Source: Candidatus Marinacidobacterales bacterium (GTDB lineage: Bacteria; Acidobacteriota; Vicinamibacteria; Marinacidobacterales; DATDRI01). From it: a stretch of 64,000 bases of DNA. Below, in pieces: positions 34,377 through 43,468 of the stretch; within the stretch, counting starts at the first letter, position 1; every line of letters begins with the position of its first letter. The stretch spans positions 5,248,001 to 5,312,000 of the forward strand of contig CBDCNP010000002.1 of NCBI GenBank assembly GCA_965219415.1, written 5' to 3'. Below the pieces are notes generated by a model. That model was not told the origin of the DNA. It saw only the letters and a list, made by a program, of their open reading frames with translations, and did not search any database. Position numbers and translations under genes: made by a program.

Positions 34377-35577
34377 GGTGCTTCCGCCATCAAGTGTTGC
34401 TACGCGGCTGCGGGCAGTGGTACAGGTGTGGAAGAGACCGGGTTGCGCGCCCTAGTGAGCAGGAAAACCTCGATCCGCAACCACAAAGGAATCGTCGTCG
34501 CCAAGAAGATGTCTCGAAAGGTGAGCCGTCGCGTGGTCAGACCGGCTTGCATAGCCGGAGTTCGGATCTCACGTCCGAACTTCAGAGCTCCGTGCGGTCG
34601 GACGAAGTTGTAATAGCAACGGAGCAACTCCAGGTGCTCATCGAGCCTCTCCGTCGAGCGAGCGTGGGAAAGCGTTCGTCTCGAAAGGTATGCCGAGCTT
34701 TGCCGGATGGTCAGATTCAACCGCTCGATGAACGACGTGTTCAATGTCGAGGAGTCCTCGGAGTTATTGAGCGCGTCTTCGAATCGCCACGCGGCTCCGT
34801 GCAGCACTCTGCGTTCGACCTTGATGATACGATCGTTCCTGCGCGTCTTGAGGACCTGGCCGTAGAGACACGCTGGCCCGAAGAAGCGACGGATGACCTT
34901 CTGGTAGAATTCGAATCCATCCGTGACGATCAAGGGAAGACGCTCGAAATTCATCCGCCTCGAAAGGTCGCGAAACAGAGCGTGAGTGTTCCGGTAGCTT
35001 CGCCTTCCCGTCACCGTCGATGGCCAGAGCCGAGACCAGACCTCGATCGTAACGAAGACCCAACTCGGCGTCTTCTTGTTGCCCGCGAACGTGCGAATCT
35101 CGTCGGCTTGAAGCTCTTCGGCAGCGAAGCCGGCGATCCTTCTGTGATTGAATCGACGACACACTTGGGCTGCCTTCTCGAGCCAGCGGGCGACGGTGTT
35201 CCAGGCAATCCCTTTGATCCGGGAAATCGCAGCAATGCTGACAACCTCGACTCTGAGGAGCGATGACCCCATCGAAAGTAGCTCTTCGATGTTGGAGACG
35301 GTAGTAGGGCGTGCCTTTCGTCGAAGAGAACGTCTTTCCGCACTCGCCGCACCGGTATCGACGGCGTTTCCCGGACCTCGTTCTGTAGAATCCGTTGTGA
35401 ATAATGCTTCTGGAACCGACTTTTCCATACGACGGACATACGGGATTGAGACATCTGCGATTCTTCACTTTGGCTCGGCCCTGACGATGAGAGAACTGTG
35501 TCTTCAGAATTCTGGTTCAAACTCTAGCACGCGAACGGGTTACGCGGCAGCCACCAACACTTCATGGCGGAAGCACC
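34377..35577 (-). mobile_element. IS1-family element, copy 2 (1-nt frameshift), no TSD
   Basis: Both TIRs; near-identical to 15754-16953. Confidence 0.92.
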
Positions 35578-36162
35578 GTGCGCTTGCTCCACCGCCTGCG
35601 GCACCGCGCGTGCCCACTTCACGTAGGCGCGCATCCGATCGGTAAGGGACGCGTAGGGCCGGGTGAGATAGACGTCGGGTGACAGACCCGGACCAAGCAA
35701 CCCGAAGCCGATGTAAAAATCCGGATTTTTCCATGGAGATTCGGCGCGTTCGATCCAGAAGAGGCTGAGATCGATGGCGGCGAGAAGATTCTCGCGCTCG
35801 AAACGCTGTTCTTCATTCAACGATTTCATGTCGAAACGTTCGCACTCATCACGCGCAGCGTGAAGCCGTTCGATCTCCGAACGCAGGCCCGCTTCGCTCC
35901 AGTCGGGCAGCCTCCCATCGAAATCATGGCGACCCGCCTGAACGGCAAAAGGTGGATTTGCCTCGAAGTACTCTTCCAGCGTGCGGTCGGTGAATGCATC
36001 CCACTTGGCGCCAGAATCAGGCAAACCCGGATTGCCGCAAGCGGCAAGGCCGAGAATCAAGAAAGACATTGTGATACGTTGCTGGCGCACGGGACTCTTT
36101 CCTTTTTCGACAAGCGCGAAGCTTGGCACATCAAGGCTGACGAAAGGACGCGCGCCACTCAA
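35578..36162 (-). pseudogene. DUF885-like lipoprotein, N-terminal part
   Basis: Lipobox LAAC, P..A..AGRHDFDGRLPDWS; cut by IS1. Confidence 0.7.
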
Positions 36163-36180
36163 CCAAGCTTCGGTTCCACG

Positions 36181-36666
36181 CTATTCGAGCCGTTCGGCAA
36201 CAAACCAGTTGCCCGTGACGAAGGTAAGCGTCAACTTGTCCCCGTCAAGCGCGTACGTTCCGGTCTCCGGCTCGCCTGTCGGGGGTTGCTGAATTGGGGA
36301 AGCCTTGTCACCGGGACGGATGGCGCTGGCGAGCATCACCTTGTACGTCACTTTGTTCCCTGGCCCCATGGTGTACGTTCCCACGTCGACAGTCAGATCC
36401 GCCAACTCACGTTCTTCGAGCTGGAAGCTCACGTTGATAGAAAAGTACTTCTCCGTAAATATAAGAAGCCCCTTGGCCGGGTAGTCTTCGCCCTGGAAAT
36501 GGTATGTCTTCATGCTCCAGACGCCGAGGAGGTCGTTCCCAGATCCCTGAGCTCCGCTCTCGGGCATTCCGAAACATGGCAAGGTAAAGCTGGCCCACAG
36601 AGTGATGACCAGTGTCGTCTTGACAAGTCGCCTCATCGTGCATTCACTGCCGCGATCCATGTCCAC
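36181..36666 (-). CDS. Secreted hypothetical protein (lipocalin-like beta fold)
   Basis: Signal peptide, LLGVW, GTY, Y.LDGDKLTL. Confidence 0.6.
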   Translation of the reverse strand: MDMDRGSECTMRRLVKTTLVITLWASFTLPCFGMPESGAQGSGNDLLGVWSMKTYHFQGEDYPAKGLLIFTEKYFSINVSFQLEERELADLTVDVGTYTMGPGNKVTYKVMLASAIRPGDKASPIQQPPTGEPETGTYALDGDKLTLTFVTGNWFVAERLE

Positions 36667-36737
36667 TCCTTTCGATTAAGCTAGATAACACCCTCCCTGA
36701 ACAAGAGTCAAAATCGTCTCGTGTGCCCGAGGAGATT

Positions 36738-36890
36738 GTAAGTATTGGTGAAATGACGCTAAGACTTTACGGTGCATTAAATTACAGCCAAAATAGCGCT
36801 CACGACCTTCGCTGCGCGCTAAATGGAGCGTAAGCGCCTTTTTTGCAAAGGGATGCGTACACATCACCAACAGCAAACAGCGCAAGCACC
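36738..36890 (+). mobile_element. IS1-type MITE, copy 5 (left tip missing)
   Basis: Matches the MITE from TAAGT.TTGGTG to GCAAGCACC. Confidence 0.85.
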
Positions 36891-36981
36891 CACGGCGCAG
36901 AGCAACCTCGGGGGGATGTACGACCAGGGCCTCGGCGTGCCACCGGATGCTGCCGAAGCGGTCGCGTGGTACCGCCGCGCC
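36891..36981 (+). pseudogene. Isolated Sel1 repeat fragment
   Basis: AQSNLGGMYDQGLGVPPDAAEAVAWYRRA. Confidence 0.8.
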
Positions 36982-37159
36982 TGTGCCTTCTATTTATTCA
37001 TCCGCGCGCCCCGAACTTGATCGGTCTCCGGTCTCCCGGGAGCATGTCTGCATGATCTCGCCGTTTGTTCGCGCTCGGCCCTTGGCACGGCCGCAAACAC
37101 AGACACTAAGTTGCTGATTTATGGGCTATTTCAAAAGGGCCGAGTTTTGGCACAGGACG
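36982..37159. mobile_element. Hybrid MITE (11490-type end plus type D end)
   Basis: TGTGCCTTCTATTTATTC ... GAGTTTTGGCACAGGACG. Confidence 0.65.
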
Positions 37160-37184
37160 GGGACCACCCGCGTGCCCCGTCCGG

Positions 37185-37733
37185 CTATTGGCTGACAGGG
37201 CTCATGAAGCCGCCGCTCACGGCGATCAGCACGAGCATGACACCCCACCCGGCCACGCACACCACCACCGCACGCCATGTCGTCGTGAAATCAAGCGCCT
37301 GCCGCACCGCCAGCACCATCGCGACGAGCATCCAGATCGGCACCGCCAGCAGAAACAGGTCGCCGAGCAGCCCTGGCAAGATGCCAAGCACGCGCAGCAC
37401 GCCTGGGGCCGCCGCGAACCCGGTGGTCCGGAGCAACTCCCCCACATCGGCGCGCGTCTGGGGCTGCGCGAAGACCTTGGTGCCGAGGACGTAGATCAGG
37501 ACGGCCCAGATGAGCCAGCCGAGCAGCGCCCCCAGGGTGCCGACGATGAGGTCCGCGCCCTGGCCCCCCGCCAGGCCGATACCGCCGGCCACGCTCGAGA
37601 GGACAACCACACCCATCGCCTGCGCGGTGGCTCTCGGATCCGCCTCGACCTCCTCGTAGATGTTTGGTTTCAGACGGGCAGCGCCAACGACGCGTTCAGC
37701 GAAGGTATGCATACGCCTGCAAGAGTGTGCCAT
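37185..37733 (-). CDS. YIP1-family membrane protein
   Basis: YEEVEAD..AT.QA..VV, ELLRTTGFAAAPG.L, AVRQALD...RAV. Confidence 0.85.
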   Translation of the reverse strand: MAHSCRRMHTFAERVVGAARLKPNIYEEVEADPRATAQAMGVVVLSSVAGGIGLAGGQGADLIVGTLGALLGWLIWAVLIYVLGTKVFAQPQTRADVGELLRTTGFAAAPGVLRVLGILPGLLGDLFLLAVPIWMLVAMVLAVRQALDFTTTWRAVVVCVAGWGVMLVLIAVSGGFMSPVSQ

Positions 37734-37740
37734 GCCTCGT

Positions 37741-37834
37741 TGTAATCCGCAAAAAAGAAGATCGGCCAGAAGCAGCCGACCATAGCAAGTCTAAAGCGCG
37801 CAATCAACGCTGGATGGACTTTTTGCGGAGCACA
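37741..37834. mobile_element. 94-bp MITE (type B ends)
   Basis: TGTAATCCGCAAAAAAG ... CTTTTTGCGGAGCACA. Confidence 0.75.
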
Positions 37835-37919
37835 ACCGGCACTGGTGACCTGACTCCCATTGCCGAAGTGAAGCAAGGTCAATCCAGAGTGGAGGGGAGC
37901 CGTGAACTCCAGGCCTAGC

Positions 37920-38124
37920 TATGATTCCGAAACGCCCTGGCGCGTGGGTCTTGAGTGCGTTTGTATTTTTGGACACGACGCGCGTAGCAACACTTGATGG
38001 CGGAAGGCACCAAACGGGGAGAAACAGATAGGCCGCGCCTACGGAGCACCGCGCCAGCCCTCGACCCTACCGGGGTTGCTACGTTTCTACCATCGGGAAG
38101 CCGCATGAGTATTTTGACCTCACG
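37920..38124. mobile_element. Concatenated termini: type A end, IS1 right TIR, group II intron 3' stub, type C end
   Basis: 37920-37980, 37981-38011, 38012-38070 and 38071-38124 each match longer copies elsewhere in the window. Confidence 0.8.
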
Positions 38125-38439
38125 GCCGTACGTTCGCCACCTCGACTGGAGACGTGACGCTGACTGAGCGGGGTTCTGAATGGCCCCACAAGCGCGGCGC
38201 TACCACCCCGTCGTGTCCAAGAACACGAACGAGCTCAAGACCCGCGCTCACGATGACGCCACAGACCCGGGAGTAGAAAACGGCGCGTCTGTGAATCGGT
38301 GCGTCACCTGCTGACTCGGCTGCCCATCGGCACCGCGAGGTGCTTCCGCCATCAAGTGATGGAATGGACTCCTCCACTGACATAGACGGCATCGATGTGC
38401 CAAAGTCAGTCGAATACGCATCGAAAAGGAGGAGTCCGA

Positions 38440-39471
38440 ATGAAAGATACGACAATCGCTGTGGATCTTGCAAAGAACGTCTTCGAGATTGCCATCTCGG
38501 GAGAAGCGGGGAAGGTGTCCAAGCAACTCCGTGTGAGTCGACCCAAATTGGTGTCGTTCTTTGCCAAACAGAGCGCTGCCACCGTGCTTCTCGAAGCCTG
38601 CGGCTCGGCTCACTTCTGGGCAAGGACGTTCCGAAGGTTGGGACACGACGTCGTCCTGCTCCCACCTCACCTCGTGAGGCCGTATCGACGCGGGAGCAAG
38701 AACGACCGCGCCGACACGAAGGCGTTGCTCGAGGCCTACAGGAACGAGGAGCTTCTTCCCGTACCCATCAAGTCCGTGCACCAGCACACCCTCGCTGCGC
38801 TCCATCGCCTGCGCTCAGGATGGCTCTCCACACGGACCGCACGCATCAATGCCGTACGCGGGCTCCTGCGCGAACTCGGATTCATCATCCCAAAGGGCGC
38901 TCACTTCGTCGTGCCCGCCCTCTTCGAACTCGTCGAAGACGCTGATTCTGATTTGCCCGACGTGCTCCGTTCGCATCTCCGTGATGCCTGCTCCGAGATT
39001 CGAGAACTCAAGGACAAGTGCGCTAGCATCGAGCACGAGCTCAAGGCGCTCACCAAGCAGCTTCCTGAAGTCCAACGACTTCTCGCCATTCCCGGCATCG
39101 GACTTCTGGCCGCGACCGCCATCGTGGGCTTCGTCGGCGATCTTCGCCGCTTCCCATCGGGGCGCCGCTTCTCGAGCTACCTCGGCCTAGTTCCCAAGGA
39201 AAACTCCAGTGGCGACATTCGCCGCCTCGGACGCATCACCAAGCGTGGCGACTCCTACCTCCGTATGCTCCTCACCCAGGGCGGGCGCGCCGTGCTCCGC
39301 GCGGCGAACGTCAGCAAGAGCCCGCCCGACAAGCTCCGCGCCTGGGCTCGGAAGGTCCACCGCTCGCGGGGACACAACAAGGCCGTGATTGCTGTCGCCA
39401 ACAAACTCGCCCGGATCGTCTGGGCCGTCTCCACCCGCGAGAGTGAATTCCAGTCGCCGGTGGCCGCTTAG
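38440..39471 (+). CDS. IS110/IS1111 DEDD recombinase
   Basis: AVDLAKNVF, LEACGSAHFW, KNDRADT, IPGIG, YLGLVPKENSSG (catalytic Ser region), GRITKRGDSYLR, AVANKLARI; RBS AGGAGG. Confidence 0.96.
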   Translation: MKDTTIAVDLAKNVFEIAISGEAGKVSKQLRVSRPKLVSFFAKQSAATVLLEACGSAHFWARTFRRLGHDVVLLPPHLVRPYRRGSKNDRADTKALLEAYRNEELLPVPIKSVHQHTLAALHRLRSGWLSTRTARINAVRGLLRELGFIIPKGAHFVVPALFELVEDADSDLPDVLRSHLRDACSEIRELKDKCASIEHELKALTKQLPEVQRLLAIPGIGLLAATAIVGFVGDLRRFPSGRRFSSYLGLVPKENSSGDIRRLGRITKRGDSYLRMLLTQGGRAVLRAANVSKSPPDKLRAWARKVHRSRGHNKAVIAVANKLARIVWAVSTRESEFQSPVAA

Positions 39472-39519
39472 ATTTAGAGGCTCCACTTTCGTGTTTTCCT
39501 TTTTCCCTTCCAAAAGAGG

Positions 39520-39700
39520 CTGCGACGATACCCATCCAACTGATGGCGTACCGGTCGGACCGGCGCGGGGTCAAGCCAATAGCAACACTGGCCCTAAGAG
39601 GTCGTTCAAAGTGATTGGCTCCTCGCGCGCGGATTTTCCATCATGGCCCGGAGCACCCAAGACGCTCCTCACTGAGGCCGAAGATACGTTTGCAGTCTGA
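39520..39700 (+). ncRNA. Predicted bridge/seek RNA (boundaries approximate)
   Basis: Internal-loop guides match target (39580-39589, 39609-39613) and donor junction (39636-39644, 39682-39688). Confidence 0.85.
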
Positions 39701-39803
39701 CCCACTCGTCACGACGCGATGGATGCGCAGCTTCGATGGAAGATTTATTAAGAAAGGGGCGTGACTAGAAAGAAAGGGGCTTGACTAGAGGAGTCCAGAT
39801 ATG

Positions 39804-40462
39804 TTGCTACACGGCTGCGGGCAGTGGTACAGGTGCGGAAGAGACCGGGTTGCGCGCCCCAGTGAGCAGGAAAACCTCGATCCGCGACCACAAAGGAATC
39901 GTCGTCGCCAAGAAGATGTCTCGAAAGGTGAGCCGTCGCGTGGTCAGACCGGCCTGCATAGCCGGAGTTCGGATCTCACGTCCGAACTTCAGAGCTCCGT
40001 GCGGTCGGACGAAGTTGTAATAGCAACGGAGCAACTCCAGGTGCTCATCGAGCCTCTCCGTCGAGCGAGCGTGGGAAAGCGTTCGTCTCGAAAGGTATGC
40101 CGAGCTTTGCCGGATGGTCAGATTCAACCGCTCGATGAACGACGTGTTCAATGTCGAGGAGTCCTCGGAGTTATTGAGCGCGTCTTCGAATCGCCACGCG
40201 GCTCCGTGCAGCGCTCTCCGTTCGACCTTGATGATACGATTGTTCCTGCGCGTCTTGAGGACCTGGCCGTAGAGACACGCTGGCCCGAAGAAGCGACGGA
40301 TGACCTTCTGGTAGAATTCGAATCCATCCGTGACGATCAAGGGAAGATGCCCGAAATTCATCCGCCTCGAAAGGTCGCGAAACAAAGCGTGAGTGTTCCG
40401 GTAGCTTCGCCTTCCCGTCACCGTTGATGGCCAGAGCCGAGACCAGACCTCGATCGTAACGA
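39804..40462 (-). pseudogene. IS1-family copy 3, 3' half
   Basis: Matches about 16275-16933; complements 49091-49613. Confidence 0.9.
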
Positions 40463-41548
40463 GCAGCCTTTAACCAAGACATGGTGGGAGCGAAGCTCAG
40501 CCTAGGTCCACGCTCGGCGATACTGGGCCAGACCCCCTTCTCCCTACGGAGTTTTGTGAACGACGTCGCGGTGAGTGTTTTCGAGACGGTGCGCAAGGGC
40601 AATACGGCTTTCCCGTTCACGCGCGGCGATACGGACGAAGGGGCCTTCCTGCGGCCGATGGTTGCGACGCTTGGCACTCGCGAGCCTTTTTGGGCGATGG
40701 TGGTCCCGGCTTTCGGCAATACCGATCACTTGGTCTTTAACGATGGACGGGTTGGAGTCCCAGCGGTGTCCCTAGACAACTGGCCGGATCCGTATATCCA
40801 TTCCAGTGACGACGATCTTTGGCAAGTCGACCCGACTCAACTCGAGAGAAACGCCTTCGTCGTGGCCGCGACGGCTTACACCGTCGCTTCGTTGGGAGAG
40901 CCCCACGTCGACCGCCTCGCGGTCTTGCTGCAGGGAGGGGCGCAGACAAGGCTAGGACGAGACGGGGCGTCGGCGCTGGCGCGTCTCGTAGACGACTCGG
41001 CCGGATCCATTTCCTCTCGGTACAAGGATGCCGAGATGCTCCTCTCGGTGTCCACCGCTCGAGAGATCGCTACCATCGATTCCGCGCTGGTCCTGGTTTC
41101 CCCCGGCGGTGCCGGTGAGAGGCTGTTGAAGCAAGTCCGGGCACGGGTGAGCAACCTCGGTCGGACGCTTCAAGAAGACGTGGGTGCGTTCTACGAGGAG
41201 CGAACCGGCCAAGCTCCCAGGAGCGAGCGTTCCCCCCATGAAAAGGCGGCGGCCGAGAGAGTGCCGGAAAGGACGATGTCCCTAGCGGAGAGTTTGGAAA
41301 AAATGATGCGGAGAGGAGGCCCGGGTGCTGACATCGAAGGGTTGCATCGTCTTTATCAAACCGAGGTGCGCAACCTGGTTGATGGAAAACGGACCGTGCT
41401 CGATATCTACCGAACGGTGAGGGCGGCCTCACTCTCGGCCGGCGAGTGGTACTACAGTCCGGTCGAGCTCGACGATGTGGTCGCGGTGCTCGAAGCTTCC
41501 GAGAAGGCGGGCGCTATCCGCTTTAGAGGCGGTGATAGTAATCAGTAA
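40463..41548 (+). pseudogene. M28-family peptidase, C-terminal half
   Basis: AAFNQDMVGA, TDH.VF.D..VGVP.V, YIHSSDD...VDPTQL.R. Confidence 0.8.
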
Positions 41549-41602
41549 GCAGTAGTCAGTGATCAGTACTGATAACTGATTACGGTTCAATGAACACTGA
41601 TT
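41540..41602. repeat. Heptamer tandem repeat with central inversion
   Basis: aatcagt aagcagt agtcagt gatcagt | actgata actgatt acggttc aatgaac actgatt. Confidence 0.75.
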
Positions 41603-41675
41603 TCCTCGTATAGACGGAGGGGTCCACCTGAAGGTCTCTCTCAGGGGACTTGCAGAGACTCGGTTGGATTAGTCT

Positions 41676-41981
41676 CTATTCTTCGGACGTGCTCGAAGCA
41701 CTCGCCGCAGGGCCGCTCTTTGAGCGGTTCTTTTCAGATTTGGCTGTTTTAGAAGTGCTGTCGGAGTCAGAGTTTTCGTTCTTACTCGATGAAGGCTGGC
41801 CTTTGCGGGCGTAATCGGTGACGTACCACCCGGTCCCTTTGAATTGAATTGCAGGGGAGGATAAGAGCCGTTCGACCTTACCTTCGCACTTCACGCACGA
41901 CGTGAGCGGCGAGTCGGCCACCTTCTGTAGCATTTCGAAACGGTGGCTACAACTTTGGCACTCGTATTCATAAAGAGGCAC
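41676..41981 (-). CDS. FmdB-family zinc-ribbon protein
   Basis: (M)PLYEYECQSC.HRFE.LQ...C..C.G.VERLLS...IQFKGTGWYVTDY. Confidence 0.92.
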   Translation of the reverse strand: MPLYEYECQSCSHRFEMLQKVADSPLTSCVKCEGKVERLLSSPAIQFKGTGWYVTDYARKGQPSSSKNENSDSDSTSKTAKSEKNRSKSGPAASASSTSEE

Positions 41982-42122
41982 AAAAATAACTATACCACTT
42001 GGGGGCGGATCGGTCAACCTCTTGAACCGTAAGGTGTTATGAAGAGGTGCCTTAGCCTGGCGCCCGCGCGGCGTCAACCGATCGTGGAAAACACGCTAAA
42101 CTCTAGCCGTGAGGGACCTTAC

Positions 42123-42614
42123 CTACCAGGTGCCGAGCAGTCGTCGCACCACGACCAGCTCACCCAGGTGGTAAGCATTGTGATCGGCCAACACCAATAT
42201 CTCCCGCAAGACAGTTTGCCCGTCTCCATGCGGGATGGGATCGTAGAGGTCGGTCGCTGGGTTCTGGATGAATTCTCGAAACGCTTCGAGATCCGCCTGA
42301 AAGAGGCCGACGCTTTTCTCCCAAGACCCCGGCTCCGGTGGCGACGCGTCTTCCGGCCAGTAGCCGGCAGGGAAATTGGGGGACGCGTGTTTGGGATTCC
42401 GACTGAACTCCGAAATGTCCCACTGCGCGATCCGCAGATGCTCCAAGATCTCCCAGGGAGTGTGCGATGCTCCTTGCGGTTTTTCTCCCTGACGCTCCAA
42501 AGGAAGGTCGGAGACGGCAGTGTCGAAATCCACATGCGCCTGTTTCCCGGCGAGGAGCTTGACGAGGTGTTCTCGAAGCATCCGGTCTTCACTTGAAGGG
42601 CTCATCCGTTCCAC
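42123..42614 (-). CDS. DinB-family protein
   Basis: AHVDF, TPWEILEHLRIAQWDI, LREILVLADHNAYHLG. Confidence 0.88.
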   Translation of the reverse strand: MERMSPSSEDRMLREHLVKLLAGKQAHVDFDTAVSDLPLERQGEKPQGASHTPWEILEHLRIAQWDISEFSRNPKHASPNFPAGYWPEDASPPEPGSWEKSVGLFQADLEAFREFIQNPATDLYDPIPHGDGQTVLREILVLADHNAYHLGELVVVRRLLGTW

Positions 42615-42635
42615 CTCCCTGACATTTCACCAATC

Positions 42636-43247
42636 TTACGAGAGTTCGACTCGCCCTTTGACTGTGTCGAGAGTCGCATGGAGCCCTTCGGTGTCACCCT
42701 CTCGGACATCGACGCCCAATCGAAATGTGGCGAGAAACGCCCTTACGTTTTCGGGACGACGAGCTTCGATCTCCAGCCGAACCAAATTACACCCTTTGGG
42801 CGCATCTTGGCCAGGATGAACCATACCTTCCCATTCGATGAATCCTGGAACATGAGGAAGCAAACCCCGACCCTCGATAGTTGCGAAACTCCAGCGGAGC
42901 ACCGTTCCGTTCGGCTTGCGGCGGGACTCGGTAACCTTGGTGATCGGATAACCGTGTTCCTTGCCTCGCACGACGAGCTCTTCCATGTCATCGACACGGG
43001 CGACCCAGCTAATGAGGCAGGCCTCGTGAAGCTCCGTTAGTCGGGCCGCCAGATCGGAAACGTTTTCTTGTTCGGGATCGGGTGCAATGATTTCCAAATA
43101 ACGACTCTCCCCGAGGGAGAGAAGAGCGTTCCGGGTTCCGAGGCCGGGATGGCTTCCTCCGGGGGCCGCCCGAACTCCGGTCCGCTCCGCGATCTCTTCG
43201 ATCCCGCGCTCGAGGTCATGGGTTCCCCAAATAAGATGGTCTAGCAC
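42636..43247 (-). CDS. VOC/glyoxalase-like protein
   Basis: LDHL......L..G, GGSHPGLGTRNALLSLG..YLEIIAPDP, P.FIEW. Confidence 0.9.
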   Translation of the reverse strand: MLDHLIWGTHDLERGIEEIAERTGVRAAPGGSHPGLGTRNALLSLGESRYLEIIAPDPEQENVSDLAARLTELHEACLISWVARVDDMEELVVRGKEHGYPITKVTESRRKPNGTVLRWSFATIEGRGLLPHVPGFIEWEGMVHPGQDAPKGCNLVRLEIEARRPENVRAFLATFRLGVDVREGDTEGLHATLDTVKGRVELS

Positions 43248-43306
43248 AAGGTTATGTTAGCCGGATCGGCCTCGGTCTTCAGATTAGTGCGCGCGGGGCC
43301 CCACCG

Positions 43307-43410
43307 CCGCCTGGCTAGCTATAGATTGGCACCAACCTATTTTGGCGGCAAGCGGGAACTGAGTGCCCGCCTGGCTAGCTTGTGTCAAAGCAACCACCTA
43401 CTTTGGCGGC
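43307..43410. repeat. Two about 44-bp REP-like units, 60-bp period
   Basis: CCGCCTGGCTAGCT-N20/21-TTTGGCGGC twice. Confidence 0.7.
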
Positions 43411-43468
43411 CGACACGGCTGGCATGGGTTCATGCCTGCGCTCGGGCCTCACGGGCCACTATTACATT

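Larger units (their letters stand above)
38359..39803 (+). mobile_element. Complete IS110-family (IS1111 group) element inserted in the IS1 right TIR
   Basis: Subterminal IR TGGACTCCTC / GAGGAGTCCA; TG core at 38357-38358 and 39802-39803; flanks rejoin to GGTGCTTCCGCCATCAAGTGTTGCTAC. Confidence 0.95.

Noticed and set aside
39541-39548. TGATGGCG also matches the IS1 TIR further from the core, a possible third guide
   Set aside because: It lies outside the two guide loops, in a segment resembling the usual IS1111 RNA scaffold (GATGGC...GGTCGGACCG); probably coincidental.
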